From: Escherichia coli
GTDB taxonomy: Bacteria > Pseudomonadota > Gammaproteobacteria > Enterobacterales > Enterobacteriaceae
Strand: one strand, 5' to 3'
DNA: 64,000 nucleotides
Assembly: GCF_022846255.1 (NCBI RefSeq)
Contig: NZ_AP025682.1
The notes below the pieces were generated by a model, which saw only the letters and a list, made by a program, of their open reading frames with translations, did no database searches and had not been told where the DNA came from. Shown piece after piece: positions 8,501 through 20,329 of the stretch; the stretch's first letter is position 1, and each line of letters begins with the position of its first letter. A program made the position numbers and the translations under genes.

Positions 8501-11500
8501 AGTTGCCTGACGACGGCGAACAAGCCTGCCAGCAGCATTACGCTGGAGGTGGTTGATAAAGCGCAATGGAATGCGGGGAATAACGCGGCAAAGCTGAAAA
8601 AAGGTGAGACACTACAGGTTAAAGTGACAGTAAAAGACTCGCAGGGTAACGCGTTAGCGGATATGCCATTTACCCTCAGTCGCGGTGATGGCTATACCCG
8701 TAGCGGCGAAAAACATATTGCCGGTAGCGGCGATGCGCTGGTAGCGCCCGTGGTGGTCAATGGCGGGTTGGCAGATGAAACAACGTTGAATGACACTGCA
8801 ACGGTGTATACCGCCATGACCGGCAGCGACGGCAGCAAAATCCTTAATATTACCCGCCCGGATACCCACGGCACCAAAACGGCGCTGACGGCAACGCTTT
8901 ACTCCGATGCGACGAAAAAAGACAGCCTGGACACGATCTTTACGGTGGTTACCAGCCCGGATAGCAGCCAGGCGAAAATGTGGGGGCATATGCCGGAAAC
9001 GGTGACGGCTGAGGACGGTACGGTCTTTAAACGCCCGCGGTTACTGAAGGAACTGAGCAGTCAGACTGGGCGAACATCAACGCTTGAAGACAACGAAAAC
9101 TGGGCGTTGTTTAACATTAATTATGCGAGCTCTTCCACGACGTATAGTGGCTGTGGAACCAACTATATTCCAACTCAGGCTGGTCTGACGTCACTGTTTG
9201 CTAATAATGCGGGCAACACCATGAAAACCGTGCAGGGCTGGCCGGTGGCAACGCGCTATTTGTCCAACACGTCCGACAATGGCAGCATGGAGCAGCGTAA
9301 CTACAAGGCGGTCGATCTCAGCAATGGCACGAGTGCGGCAGTGTCATCAACGGCGCTGCAACTGCTGACCTGTCAGACTACACCGGTAACCACGGTGAGC
9401 CAAATCCTGCTGGAAGCGGCAGATCCGGCGACGCTGGATACCACCTATAACGTGGTAAAAGCGAAAAAAGGCGAAGAATCCGTGGTGCGCGTCACCACCA
9501 AAGATGCACAAGGCAACCTGGTGGGCAATACGGCATTTATCCTGACGCGTGCCAACAGCGTGAGTCGGGCTAATGCATCAGCGACGATGAGCGTGGGCTC
9601 GTTGACGGTGACGGATGCCTGGGGCAATACGCGAAATAATTTCCAGTCGACAAGTGAAACCATTTACGGCGTGACCGGTGCTGATGGGGCAACGACATTG
9701 ACCCTGAAACAGGATAACAGTACCGGGTTAAGAACCGATCTCACGGCAAAACTGGATACGTCCAGCAGCGTCAAGGCAACGCTACCGGTGGTCTTTACCG
9801 TCGTGACCAGCCCGGATTCGCCAAAAGCGAATTTTTGGGGACATATGGCCGAAACGGTGGCGGCCTCCGATGGCTCGGTTTATAAGCGACCATTGCTGTT
9901 TGGCGAACTGACCAACAACTATGCGCGATATAGCACGCTTGAGAACGGAGAAAGCTGGGCAAGATTCACCTCGACTCAGTCGATTGACACCAGCATGAAT
10001 GGGTGTGGTACAGATTATATGCCGACGCTGGATGGTCTGAAGTCTTTGTATGACGCCAATAGCGGTAATGCGATGAATACGGTGCAGGGATGGCCGGTAA
10101 ATACGAGTTATCTCACCAACACCCCGAGTGATACACAAGCAGGGAGCCGTTACTACAATGTGGTGCAACTGAATTCTGGCGCGGTTTCGCAAATCGTATC
10201 CACAGTGCTGGCGTTACAAACCTGCCGCACGACGCCGTTGACGACTGCCAGCCAGATTACGCTGGAAGCCGCGGATCCTGCGCAGTTTGTCAGCATTGAT
10301 AGTACGCTTAGCGCTGTCAAAGCGAAGAAGGGCGATGAGGTGTCGATCCGCATTTCGACTAAAGATGCGCAGGGGAATTTAGTCGGCAATACGCCGTTTG
10401 CCCTGAAACACGCGAACTCGATCAATCGTCAAAATGTGACGTCATCGCAGAAAGTGTCGGTCACGACTGCAGCGGGTACGACGGTGGATACCAGTGCAGC
10501 GACCATCCTGTATGGCGTAACCGGGCCAGACGGAACGACGACGATGGCGCTCCGACAGGATGCGTCCACCGGACTACGAACCGACTTTTATGCCTTGTTG
10601 AACGATACCGGCGTGTCGTCGGGCACCTTGCCGGTGATCTTTACCGTTATCACCAGCCCGGACACGCCGCTGGCGGCCAACTGGGGCCATATGGCGGAAA
10701 CCTTTACCAGCAGCGAAGGCGTTACCTTCAAGCGGCCTTTCCTCAAAGCTGAACTTTCCGGCGGTACGGCGAAAACGGTCAATAATGAAGTCTGGTCGCT
10801 CCTGACATCGACTGAGAAAGCGGACGCCAGCAAGGCCGGGTGTGATGAGGCGTATCAACCGCAGACGACAGACATGCAGGGGCTGTATGCCGATTATCCT
10901 AACGGCCAACTGGCAACGGTGCTCGGCTTGCCGACTGCCGCCGGGAACTGGTGGGATTATGACATGATGGCGGCAGTGAGCAATAGCTGGAGTTACCAGG
11001 TGTTTTCGCCGGGTAATGGCCAAACGATTCAGGCATCGTCCGGCTATACGGCGGTAGTGATGTGTCTGGTAAAACCACATACGGAAGCGGCCACAATAGA
11101 GATTACCTCGACGGCGCAGGACGCAGCAAAATCGGCCAGTAATGGTGGACGACCGAGCGCCGTAGCGAAGAAAGGTGAGACGATTCCGTTGACGGTGACC
11201 GTGCGTGATAGCGCCGGGAACCCGATGCCATATGCCGACTTTACCCTCTCGCGTGAAACGACGCTGGATCGCTCGAAAACAGCTGTTAACAGTGCGGTGG
11301 ACGATCTTACCGTAACGGCATTGGTACCGGCGAACAGGGATAGCGTGTTGACAGCGAGCGGAGCAAAAACTCTCGCAACGACGGGCAGCGATGGCACTGC
11401 CACCTTTGAGGTGGGGCAGTACTCTACGACCGGGCTGGCGACGCCGTTAACCGTGACGCTGGCGCGTGATACGACGAAAGCTGCCACGCTGGATGTTATC

Positions 11501-13615
11501 TACACGGTGATCACCAGCCCGGATTCGCCGAGTGCGAAATTCTGGGGGCATATGCCAGACACCTTTACCAGCTCGGCGGGCGTCACCTTCAAACGGCCGT
11601 TGCTGAAAGCCGAAGCGACGTCAGGCTCATCAATTAGCACTAACGGTAACGGTGAAGTGTGGGCGTATATGAGCAACTTGCAAAATTTAACATCGACAGA
11701 TTGCCCGCTGGAGTATCAGCCGCGCAGCAACGAGCTGTTGGATTTATATAGCGATCACCCGAACGGCGCGATAATGACTGACCTGGGGCTACCGATATAT
11801 GCAGGCAAGTGGTGGGCTTATGATATGGTCATGCCGGATTTATATACGTGGCAGTATCAGACTGTCAGCCTGAGCACCGGAGATATCGCGAAGAGCTCGT
11901 CAACCAACGCGCTGATGCTTTGCCTGACGAAGCCGCATCCGGCAGGCGTCAGCGTAATGTTGACGTCATCCGCAATGGATAACGCCAGAAGCCTCAGTAA
12001 TGGCGGGCGACCTAGCGCGTCAGTGAAAAAAGGCAACCCACTGCCAATTGTAGTGACGGTCAAAGATCGTGATGACAACCCGCTGGCGGGAGAGGCCGTG
12101 ACGCTCAGGCGTGGTTCAGCGATGAGCCGTTCAGGAGCAGTAGTGGGCACGCCGGCAAATGCAATGACGTTGACAGAGTTGACACCCGTGTCGGCGGAGT
12201 TTTCTCTGGCCGCACACGATACGCAATGGCAAGGTTTCACCGGCAGTGATGGTACGGTCACTTTCAATGTTGAACAGCCTGAGACCATCGGCCTGGCCAT
12301 CCCGTTCACCGCTATACTGGCGCGAGATGTGGCAACCACAACTGTCCTTGATGCGATCTTTACCGTCGTCACCAGCCCGGATTCCACAATGGCGACCTAC
12401 TGGGGTCATATGCCGGATACGGTCACGGCGGAAAACGGCGTGGTCTTTGAACGGCCTAAATTGTTGAAAGAGTTGCCGTCGAGCACCGGAATTAGTCAGG
12501 TGACGGATAACAATGAAGTCTGGCCGCTGTTTAAGGCAACGCAAAGGGAAGATAGCAGCCTCAGTCCTTGTGAAGCGGCGCGTCGGCCATTGAGCGATGA
12601 TTTAGAATCGCTCTACGCGCGCTATCCGGGGAACACGCTGACGACACAAATCGGTTGGTCTACGCGGTATACATGGTGGGCGCTGGATAACTGGCAGGGG
12701 AATGCCCAGGTTGTTAGTCTGAGTGATGGCTTAAAGTGGTCGACGGTGAATACCGCGTATCAAGGGTGTCTGGTTAACCCGCGCGCGACGGTCTCCAGCG
12801 TCACGCTGACATCAACGGCGCTGGATGACGCCACACAGGCGGCGACGGTGAAAAAAGGCGACGCCGCGCCCATTGTCGTTACCGTAAAAGACAGCGCCGG
12901 GAAGCCGGTGCCAAATATCGCTTTTACCCTAAAACGCGGTGAGGCCGTGCCACGTAACAGCGGGGCGACGCTGTATGGCGATGTGGATGCGATGGACGAT
13001 TTGGCCGTGCAACCTTCATCCGGTGCGGCAGTCACGTTGGCTGACAGCGGAAATACCATCGACGGAGTCACGGGAGCGGACGGTACGGCAAGCTTTACCG
13101 TTCGTCAGGATAATACGCCAGGATATAAAACGCCGTTGACGGTGACGCTAACGGATAACGCCACCATAACGGCGACGCTGGACACGATTTTCACCGTGCC
13201 GACCAGCCCGAATGTCGCCACGGCGTATTTCTGGGGTCATATGGCGGATACCGCCACGGTAAGTGGCAAGACGCTGCATCGCCCGCTATTAAAATCGGAG
13301 TTGCCGTCAGGCGCTACCGCAGCAGCAACGCCTGATGTAAATAATGAAACCTGGGCGCTGGCGCATGTTATGGATTCCTCTAAATGGGATGTCGCGCAGC
13401 AGTGCGGCAGTATGAATAACGTGCCGAGCAGTGCCGAATTACAAACATTACACTCCGGCTTTAGCACATTGGGATGGCCGTCCTCGATAAGCTTCCCGTA
13501 TTTATCTACTGATAAGGCTGGGTCGTTCTATTGTGGTGTTGATGAAGGCTCTGGCAGTCTCAACTGTGGCATTCAGCCTGCGAAAACGCCGGGGTTTGCA
13601 ACCTGTTTCCAATAA
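5534..13615 (+). CDS. ratA: Giant secreted Ig-like repeat protein (RatA-like), 2693 aa
   Basis: GGAG 6 nt upstream of the ATG. N-terminal signal peptide (…[11 protein letters not shown]), no lipobox Cys. Nine tandem ~280-aa modules, each with a Big_1-like segment, an (I/V)FTV.TSPD…WGHM…RP.L motif and a Cys-pair segment. No beta-barrel-like region recognised. Confidence 0.85.
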   Translation: MSVCLKPGKIIVLLGMLAAFMLSDFARAGVEWQTYPGSTGEFNGTVPIADSASVPVYQGSVQLDPAASHDVAFSAKPNEFSVDDDAANLIVANPQDSEGDQFSTPPALRWEKQTPPTVSLVWADAATPDTPLNPQPTANRSFCAQGLAGRSLVAWPQIDAQQTIPLLYLLTSTGYPYEGTVALADQKVTLNIAPAQGDLISVSASGYNETIAAAKTTVGDTITLTVTTKDCQGNVAGNIPFIIKRQDAKNRQDAVNNTAPVVLDSTELTTTATEYHGTSDANGTATITVTQPNGPGVKTPLVVSISGIAQTSETAVIFTVLTSPDVAQATMWGHMAETVEAHGYTFSRPKLAAEVSNENATVVDHNETWSTFTWSGADSHCTVLPGMRHFGALATVIPTTVQTVLGWPMQDDYYWTSLAGTTGQHHAADVSNRAEAQKPDSTTFLVSCVDKPAPDVEPKIVLTPENYDDTAQAMKAKVGEDATMRLTITDNKNNDQPLAYYYFSLHLDDGVNRKNQTDPAWEAHPVQIAGGSNFRQVDAHTYEGMTDVNGQASLTLSQPGGAGVKTHITAKMRSDFNATDAKDVIFTVITSPDSDKARMWGHMRGIIESGSLYKRPLLADETEHELGTVRENNEDWALYDQNTSMQAECGVGHIPRQSSLESLFSAHPGNAIGTEYGWPTAQQSYLSAVEQETHSSVNLGNGSVDSYSGFKQNYLSCSGNEMVANVEVSTDHDVSVGTQAQAKVGDTIVMTVRTINSLNNSPVPFSAFTITKGMGYNRAGQVSGFDDPSSGAITMDNSQYGTSQPSMVYAGTTDVRGVATVEIKQPQGVGLRTALSVTPVNSYLPNTVNYSVIFTTPTSPDVSGAQMWGHMDETITVDSSTFSRPKLAAEIASPDGTLTENNEIWARVSQANTSSTSKGGCGTNMLPRRSQLSALYSANSGNAVQTTHGWPTQRQPYWSSSPADVTPHFFTIALNDGAQAIGGNTPVYVSCLTTANKPASSITLEVVDKAQWNAGNNAAKLKKGETLQVKVTVKDSQGNALADMPFTLSRGDGYTRSGEKHIAGSGDALVAPVVVNGGLADETTLNDTATVYTAMTGSDGSKILNITRPDTHGTKTALTATLYSDATKKDSLDTIFTVVTSPDSSQAKMWGHMPETVTAEDGTVFKRPRLLKELSSQTGRTSTLEDNENWALFNINYASSSTTYSGCGTNYIPTQAGLTSLFANNAGNTMKTVQGWPVATRYLSNTSDNGSMEQRNYKAVDLSNGTSAAVSSTALQLLTCQTTPVTTVSQILLEAADPATLDTTYNVVKAKKGEESVVRVTTKDAQGNLVGNTAFILTRANSVSRANASATMSVGSLTVTDAWGNTRNNFQSTSETIYGVTGADGATTLTLKQDNSTGLRTDLTAKLDTSSSVKATLPVVFTVVTSPDSPKANFWGHMAETVAASDGSVYKRPLLFGELTNNYARYSTLENGESWARFTSTQSIDTSMNGCGTDYMPTLDGLKSLYDANSGNAMNTVQGWPVNTSYLTNTPSDTQAGSRYYNVVQLNSGAVSQIVSTVLALQTCRTTPLTTASQITLEAADPAQFVSIDSTLSAVKAKKGDEVSIRISTKDAQGNLVGNTPFALKHANSINRQNVTSSQKVSVTTAAGTTVDTSAATILYGVTGPDGTTTMALRQDASTGLRTDFYALLNDTGVSSGTLPVIFTVITSPDTPLAANWGHMAETFTSSEGVTFKRPFLKAELSGGTAKTVNNEVWSLLTSTEKADASKAGCDEAYQPQTTDMQGLYADYPNGQLATVLGLPTAAGNWWDYDMMAAVSNSWSYQVFSPGNGQTIQASSGYTAVVMCLVKPHTEAATIEITSTAQDAAKSASNGGRPSAVAKKGETIPLTVTVRDSAGNPMPYADFTLSRETTLDRSKTAVNSAVDDLTVTALVPANRDSVLTASGAKTLATTGSDGTATFEVGQYSTTGLATPLTVTLARDTTKAATLDVIYTVITSPDSPSAKFWGHMPDTFTSSAGVTFKRPLLKAEATSGSSISTNGNGEVWAYMSNLQNLTSTDCPLEYQPRSNELLDLYSDHPNGAIMTDLGLPIYAGKWWAYDMVMPDLYTWQYQTVSLSTGDIAKSSSTNALMLCLTKPHPAGVSVMLTSSAMDNARSLSNGGRPSASVKKGNPLPIVVTVKDRDDNPLAGEAVTLRRGSAMSRSGAVVGTPANAMTLTELTPVSAEFSLAAHDTQWQGFTGSDGTVTFNVEQPETIGLAIPFTAILARDVATTTVLDAIFTVVTSPDSTMATYWGHMPDTVTAENGVVFERPKLLKELPSSTGISQVTDNNEVWPLFKATQREDSSLSPCEAARRPLSDDLESLYARYPGNTLTTQIGWSTRYTWWALDNWQGNAQVVSLSDGLKWSTVNTAYQGCLVNPRATVSSVTLTSTALDDATQAATVKKGDAAPIVVTVKDSAGKPVPNIAFTLKRGEAVPRNSGATLYGDVDAMDDLAVQPSSGAAVTLADSGNTIDGVTGADGTASFTVRQDNTPGYKTPLTVTLTDNATITATLDTIFTVPTSPNVATAYFWGHMADTATVSGKTLHRPLLKSELPSGATAAATPDVNNETWALAHVMDSSKWDVAQQCGSMNNVPSSAELQTLHSGFSTLGWPSSISFPYLSTDKAGSFYCGVDEGSGSLNCGIQPAKTPGFATCFQ
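6170..13500 (+). repeat. In-frame tandem array of nine coding modules inside the giant gene (period ~800-860 nt)
   Basis: The TSPD/WGHM motif recurs at about nt 6500, 7300, 8110, 8950, 9810, 10650, 11515, 12370 and 13205. DNA copies are diverged, with pairs 4/5 and 6/7 most alike. Confidence 0.75.
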
Positions 13616-13645
13616 CCTTATCCACCTTGTCAATATGAGGTTCTG

Positions 13646-15197
<1,552 letters not shown>

Positions 15198-16664
15198 ATG
15201 CTACGTATCGCTAAAGAAGCTCTGACGTTTGACGACGTTCTCCTCGTTCCTGCTCATTCTACCGTTCTGCCGAATACTGCTGACCTCAGCACCCAGCTGA
15301 CGAAAACTATTCGTCTGAATATCCCTATGCTTTCCGCAGCAATGGATACCGTAACGGAAGCGCGCCTGGCTATTGCTCTGGCTCAGGAAGGCGGTATCGG
15401 CTTTATCCACAAAAACATGTCCATTGAACGCCAGGCAGAAGAAGTTCGCCGTGTGAAAAAACACGAATCTGGCGTGGTAACCGATCCGCAGACCGTACTG
15501 CCAACCACGACGCTGCGTGAAGTGAAAGAACTGACCGAGCGTAACGGCTTTGCTGGCTACCCGGTTGTTACCGAAGAAAACGAACTGGTCGGCATTATCA
15601 CCGGTCGTGACGTGCGTTTTGTGACCGACTTGAGCCAGCCGGTTAGCGTTTACATGACGCCGAAAGAGCGTCTGGTAACCGTGCGTGAAGGCGAAGCCCG
15701 TGAAGTGGTGCTGGCAAAAATGCACGAAAAACGCGTTGAAAAAGCGCTGGTGGTTGATGATGAATTCCACCTGATCGGCATGATCACTGTGAAGGATTTC
15801 CAGAAAGCGGAACGTAAACCGAACGCGTGTAAAGACGAACAAGGCCGTCTGCGTGTAGGTGCAGCGGTTGGCGCGGGCGCTGGTAACGAAGAGCGTGTTG
15901 ATGCGCTGGTTGCCGCAGGCGTTGACGTTCTGCTGATCGACTCCTCTCACGGTCACTCTGAAGGTGTTCTGCAGCGTATCCGTGAAACTCGCGCTAAATA
16001 TCCTGACCTGCAAATCATCGGCGGCAACGTGGCAACTGCTGCAGGTGCCCGCGCGCTGGCAGAAGCCGGTTGCAGTGCCGTTAAAGTGGGTATCGGCCCT
16101 GGTTCTATCTGTACGACGCGTATCGTGACTGGTGTCGGTGTTCCGCAGATCACCGCCGTTGCTGATGCAGTAGAAGCCCTGGAAGGTACCGGCATTCCGG
16201 TTATCGCTGACGGCGGTATCCGTTTCTCAGGCGATATCGCTAAAGCTATCGCCGCTGGCGCAAGCGCGGTGATGGTAGGTTCCATGCTGGCAGGTACTGA
16301 AGAATCTCCGGGTGAAATCGAACTCTACCAGGGCCGTTCTTACAAATCTTACCGTGGTATGGGTTCCCTGGGCGCGATGTCCAAAGGTTCTTCTGACCGT
16401 TACTTCCAGAGCGACAACGCTGCCGACAAACTGGTGCCAGAAGGTATCGAAGGCCGCGTAGCCTATAAAGGTCGCCTGAAAGAGATCATTCACCAGCAGA
16501 TGGGCGGCCTGCGCTCCTGTATGGGCCTGACCGGCTGTGGTACTATCGACGAACTGCGTACTAAAGCGGAGTTTGTACGTATCAGCGGTGCGGGCATTCA
16601 GGAAAGCCACGTTCACGACGTGACCATTACTAAAGAGTCCCCGAACTACCGTCTGGGCTCCTGA
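15198..16664 (+). CDS. guaB: IMP dehydrogenase
   Basis: Translation from the ATG at 15198 ([16 protein letters not shown]…) gives the 488-aa GuaB; the ORF-track start at 15129 is an upstream in-frame Met. Confidence 0.95.
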   Translation: MLRIAKEALTFDDVLLVPAHSTVLPNTADLSTQLTKTIRLNIPMLSAAMDTVTEARLAIALAQEGGIGFIHKNMSIERQAEEVRRVKKHESGVVTDPQTVLPTTTLREVKELTERNGFAGYPVVTEENELVGIITGRDVRFVTDLSQPVSVYMTPKERLVTVREGEAREVVLAKMHEKRVEKALVVDDEFHLIGMITVKDFQKAERKPNACKDEQGRLRVGAAVGAGAGNEERVDALVAAGVDVLLIDSSHGHSEGVLQRIRETRAKYPDLQIIGGNVATAAGARALAEAGCSAVKVGIGPGSICTTRIVTGVGVPQITAVADAVEALEGTGIPVIADGGIRFSGDIAKAIAAGASAVMVGSMLAGTEESPGEIELYQGRSYKSYRGMGSLGAMSKGSSDRYFQSDNAADKLVPEGIEGRVAYKGRLKEIIHQQMGGLRSCMGLTGCGTIDELRTKAEFVRISGAGIQESHVHDVTITKESPNYRLGS

Positions 16665-16732
16665 TTCTCTTCGCCCGACTTCATGTCGGGCGATTTATAT
16701 TATCTGTTTCACTTGCCTCGGAATAAGCGTCA

Positions 16733-18310
16733 ATGACGGAAAACATTCATAAGCATCGCATCCTCATTCTGGACTTCGGTTCCCAGTATACTCAACTGGT
16801 TGCGCGCCGCGTGCGTGAACTGGGGGTTTACTGCGAACTGTGGGCGTGGGATGTGACAGAAGCACAAATTCGTGACTTCAATCCAAGCGGCATTATTCTT
16901 TCCGGCGGCCCGGAAAGTACTACTGAAGAAAACAGCCCGCGTGCGCCGCAGTATGTCTTTGAAGCAGGCGTACCGGTATTCGGCGTTTGCTATGGTATGC
17001 AGACCATGGCGATGCAGTTGGGCGGTCACGTTGAGGCTTCTAATGAACGTGAATTTGGCTACGCGCAGGTTGAAGTCGTAAACGACAGCGCACTGGTTCG
17101 CGGTATCGAAGATGCGCTGACCGCAGATGGTAAACCGCTGCTGGACGTCTGGATGAGCCACGGCGATAAAGTTACCGCTATCCCGTCCGACTTCGTCACT
17201 GTAGCCAGCACCGAAAGCTGCCCGTTTGCCATCATGGCCAACGAAGAAAAACGCTTCTATGGCGTACAGTTCCACCCGGAAGTGACTCACACCCGCCAGG
17301 GTATGCGCATGCTGGAGCGTTTTGTGCGTGATATCTGCCAGTGTGAAGCCCTGTGGACGCCAGCGAAAATTATCGACGACGCTGTAGCTCGCATCCGCGA
17401 GCAGGTAGGCGACGATAAAGTCATCCTCGGCCTCTCTGGTGGCGTGGATTCCTCCGTAACCGCAATGCTGTTGCACCGCGCTATCGGTAAAAACCTGACT
17501 TGCGTATTCGTCGACAACGGCCTGCTGCGTCTCAACGAAGCAGAGCAGGTTCTGGATATGTTTGGCGATCACTTTGGTCTGAATATTGTTCACGTACCGG
17601 CAGAAGATCGCTTCTTGTCAGCGCTGGCTGGCGAAAATGATCCGGAAGCAAAACGTAAAATCATCGGTCGCGTTTTCGTTGAAGTATTCGATGAAGAAGC
17701 GCTGAAACTGGAAGACGTGAAGTGGCTGGCGCAGGGCACCATCTACCCTGACGTTATCGAATCTGCGGCGTCTGCAACCGGTAAAGCGCACGTCATCAAA
17801 TCTCACCACAACGTGGGCGGCCTGCCGAAAGAGATGAAGATGGGGCTGGTTGAACCGCTGAAAGAGCTGTTCAAAGACGAAGTGCGTAAGATTGGTCTGG
17901 AGCTGGGCCTGCCGTACGACATGCTCTACCGTCACCCGTTCCCGGGACCAGGCCTCGGCGTTCGTGTTCTGGGTGAAGTGAAGAAAGAGTACTGTGACCT
18001 GCTGCGCCGTGCTGACGCCATCTTCATTGAAGAACTGCGTAAAGCGGACCTGTACGACAAAGTCAGCCAGGCGTTCACCGTCTTCCTGCCAGTACGTTCC
18101 GTTGGCGTAATGGGCGATGGTCGTAAGTATGACTGGGTTGTCTCTCTGCGTGCTGTCGAAACCATCGACTTTATGACCGCACACTGGGCACATTTGCCGT
18201 ACGATTTCCTCGGTCGCGTTTCCAACCGCATTATCAATGAAGTGAATGGTATTTCCCGCGTGGTGTATGACATCAGCGGCAAGCCACCAGCGACTATTGA
18301 GTGGGAATGA
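16733..18310 (+). CDS. guaA: GMP synthase (glutamine-hydrolysing)
   Basis: 525-aa ORF with an N-terminal glutamine amidotransferase part (…GVCYGMQ…) and an ATP-pyrophosphatase part (SGGVDSSV); 68 nt after guaB. Confidence 0.95.
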   Translation: MTENIHKHRILILDFGSQYTQLVARRVRELGVYCELWAWDVTEAQIRDFNPSGIILSGGPESTTEENSPRAPQYVFEAGVPVFGVCYGMQTMAMQLGGHVEASNEREFGYAQVEVVNDSALVRGIEDALTADGKPLLDVWMSHGDKVTAIPSDFVTVASTESCPFAIMANEEKRFYGVQFHPEVTHTRQGMRMLERFVRDICQCEALWTPAKIIDDAVARIREQVGDDKVILGLSGGVDSSVTAMLLHRAIGKNLTCVFVDNGLLRLNEAEQVLDMFGDHFGLNIVHVPAEDRFLSALAGENDPEAKRKIIGRVFVEVFDEEALKLEDVKWLAQGTIYPDVIESAASATGKAHVIKSHHNVGGLPKEMKMGLVEPLKELFKDEVRKIGLELGLPYDMLYRHPFPGPGLGVRVLGEVKKEYCDLLRRADAIFIEELRKADLYDKVSQAFTVFLPVRSVGVMGDGRKYDWVVSLRAVETIDFMTAHWAHLPYDFLGRVSNRIINEVNGISRVVYDISGKPPATIEWE

Positions 18311-18334
18311 TTTGACTCTGCACTATGAATGAAC

Positions 18335-18365
18335 AAAACCCTCTGTTACTACAGAGGGTTTTTTA
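18335..18365 (+). terminator. guaBA rho-independent terminator
   Basis: AACCCTCTGT / ACAGAGGGTT stem with loop TACT, followed by TTTTAT. Confidence 0.7.
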
Positions 18366-18402
18366 TACTCACGAATCATAGGATTGAAGTTACTAACATC
18401 GA

Positions 18403-18942
18403 TTAATTAAACCAGCTATCTGATTTATTCTCTTCTGCTTTACCCACGCTTTTCATCAGATCGCGACCGCCTTCAGTCATATTTCTGTTTGCGTCAGCTT
18501 CAGATTGCACCACATCGGTTTGCGCAGCTTTGTGCTTCAGTTCCTGATCGATAAATTCGTTTTCGCGCTTAACGCGGGCTTCTTCTTTCGCCAGCGCCAG
18601 TTTTTGTTTCTGAATCTCTAAGCTGCGTAGCTCATCTTCATAACTTTGATCGCGTTTTTTGTCCGCAGTGGCTTCGGCGTCCAGTTTATCCTGACGAGCT
18701 TTCTTATTCGCTGCTGCCGTTGCCGCTCTTTTATTAGCCGCGGCCTGGGCGTTTGCGCGACGTTGCTTCTCTTGCTGGATTTCCCTGTTGCGCTCCGCGA
18801 CCCATTCGTCATGCTGCCTTTGCTCTTCATTTTTACCTTGCTGTTCCGCTTCTGCGACAGCCGAGAGTTGATCCTGCAATGATGAGGCGATAGCCGGATA
18901 GCTTAAGGAGGCTAAGATGGTGCAAAGAAAAACTTTCTTCAT
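18403..18942 (-). CDS. yfgI: Periplasmic coiled-coil protein YfgI
   Basis: 179 aa with a signal peptide and a highly charged, Ala/Lys/Glu/Gln-rich body; K-12 synteny. Confidence 0.8.
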   Translation of the reverse strand: MKKVFLCTILASLSYPAIASSLQDQLSAVAEAEQQGKNEEQRQHDEWVAERNREIQQEKQRRANAQAAANKRAATAAANKKARQDKLDAEATADKKRDQSYEDELRSLEIQKQKLALAKEEARVKRENEFIDQELKHKAAQTDVVQSEADANRNMTEGGRDLMKSVGKAEENKSDSWFN

Positions 18943-18957
18943 GACTCCTCCTGATCA

Positions 18958-19473
18958 TTAGCTCTTTTCAGGACATTTCGTATTTGGCTGAATACGCGTT
19001 TCGTTATACGTCGTGGTAATAACAACGGCTAAACCTGTCGTAAACTGGCACTCTTTACCCACCTGGGTGGAGGTATACACTTTGGTGCCTTCCTTATATG
19101 TTAAAGAAACACCTTCCACTAAGGTTTTATCATTCACCATAGAACCCGCTGCCGCGCCTACAGCTCCGCCGCCAACTGCACCTGCCGTCGTTCCGGAATT
19201 GCTGCCAGACCCGACGTTGTGGCCGATAACACCGCCAGCGACAGCGCCAATAAGCGCGCCGAAGGCTTGTGCGTTCCGTTTATTTTGGGCGTTGTCTACG
19301 GCAACTTTTGCGGGAAGAATGGAAATAATATTAACGGTTTTAGTTTCTTGTTTGGTATTCAGTTGATCGGTTTGATAAACATCGGCGGTATGATCATCAG
19401 CATTTGACTGGCATCCTGCCAGAGTGAATGACGCTAACATTGCCACAGGCAGAAGACATTTTTTAAATTTCAT
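18958..19473 (-). CDS. yfgH: Outer-membrane lipoprotein with glycine-zipper region, YfgH
   Basis: Lipobox LAGC after the signal peptide and a Gly-rich zipper (GALIGAVAGGVIGHNVG…); start taken at the second Met. Confidence 0.8.
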   Translation of the reverse strand: MKFKKCLLPVAMLASFTLAGCQSNADDHTADVYQTDQLNTKQETKTVNIISILPAKVAVDNAQNKRNAQAFGALIGAVAGGVIGHNVGSGSNSGTTAGAVGGGAVGAAAGSMVNDKTLVEGVSLTYKEGTKVYTSTQVGKECQFTTGLAVVITTTYNETRIQPNTKCPEKS

Positions 19474-19591
19474 CACTATTCCTTGTTATACACATTACGA
19501 AAAATAAGACATTTAAGATCATCAAAAGAGGAAAGTAAATGTATTGCGTATAAAGGAATAGATTAAATTTATTAAAATTCATGCGGGAAAT

Positions 19592-19639
19592 AATTTATAA
19601 AAATACATCATCACAACATATGTATTAATGATGTATTTA
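19592..19639 (-). terminator. Candidate terminator downstream of yfgG
   Basis: 11-bp inverted repeat AAATACATCAT / ATGATGTATTT with a 16-nt loop, followed on the minus strand by a U-rich tract. Confidence 0.3.
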
Positions 19640-19786
19640 TTTCGCAGCCGAACAGGATGAACTTCAGTCAGAACAAAGACGTAAAATTTAAGATGAAAGA
19701 ATATCTGCCGCTTTGATAATCTCAAAGAGCAAAAGCATCCGACAGCGAGGTGCCGTTATGTTCTGTGAGAGTGGAGAAGGTAACCG

Positions 19787-19978
19787 CTAACGTTGTACCG
19801 GTGATTCGACGGAGAGTGTGGATTGCTGAGCTTCTTTTTTGCTCTGATGGTGCTGCCAGGCACCGACGGACGAGTAGATAAAACGGCCAAAGAAGAAGAT
19901 AAAGCTGATGAGCAGTACGATACGGGTCATGCGACTGTTAAATCGGTGTCGTTTTCGCATACTGGTTGCCTGACTCAC
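19787..19978 (-). CDS. yfgG: Small membrane protein YfgG
   Basis: 63-aa ORF with one hydrophobic helix (IVLLISFIFFFGRFIY), in K-12 synteny between yfgH and pdeF. Confidence 0.65.
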   Translation of the reverse strand: MSQATSMRKRHRFNSRMTRIVLLISFIFFFGRFIYSSVGAWQHHQSKKEAQQSTLSVESPVQR

Positions 19979-20329
19979 AAAAGGTTCCTTGAAGTATGTC
20001 CCACGCCGTGGACGGTACTTACATTAAGGCACAACAGGACAAAATGGTCAATTCTTCGTTATGTAAAAAAGCGTCAGTGGATACATATTTTAATGTTATG
20101 GAAGTTAATTTAATTATTTACAATGATGATGTAATAATGATGAGTTAACATGATAAACGTAATAATTCATTAATCAGGGTTATTTTGTTTGATATATATC
20201 AATTGGAACTTTCATATGACACTTAGAATCATTGCTCTCTATAGTGATGAATAATCATCATTCGAAGTCAGGTGGGATGCCTGTCTGAATACACCTCCTT
20301 CAGGATGTGGGGGATTCTGCTGAGCATCT

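Noticed and set aside
6335-13467. Many minus-strand and off-frame ORFs of 60-180 aa inside the giant gene (e.g. 6641-7153, 10574-11080, 11857-12387, 12131-12544)
   Set aside because: All lie fully inside a long, repeat-structured + strand coding frame, have no RBS and have low-complexity Arg/Ala/Pro-rich translations typical of antisense frames in GC-rich coding DNA.
15201-18336. Minus-strand ORFs of 110-287 aa antisense to guaB and guaA (15201-16013, 16730-17593, 17618-18193, 17932-18336)
   Set aside because: They overlap highly conserved housekeeping genes on the opposite strand and have no independent support.
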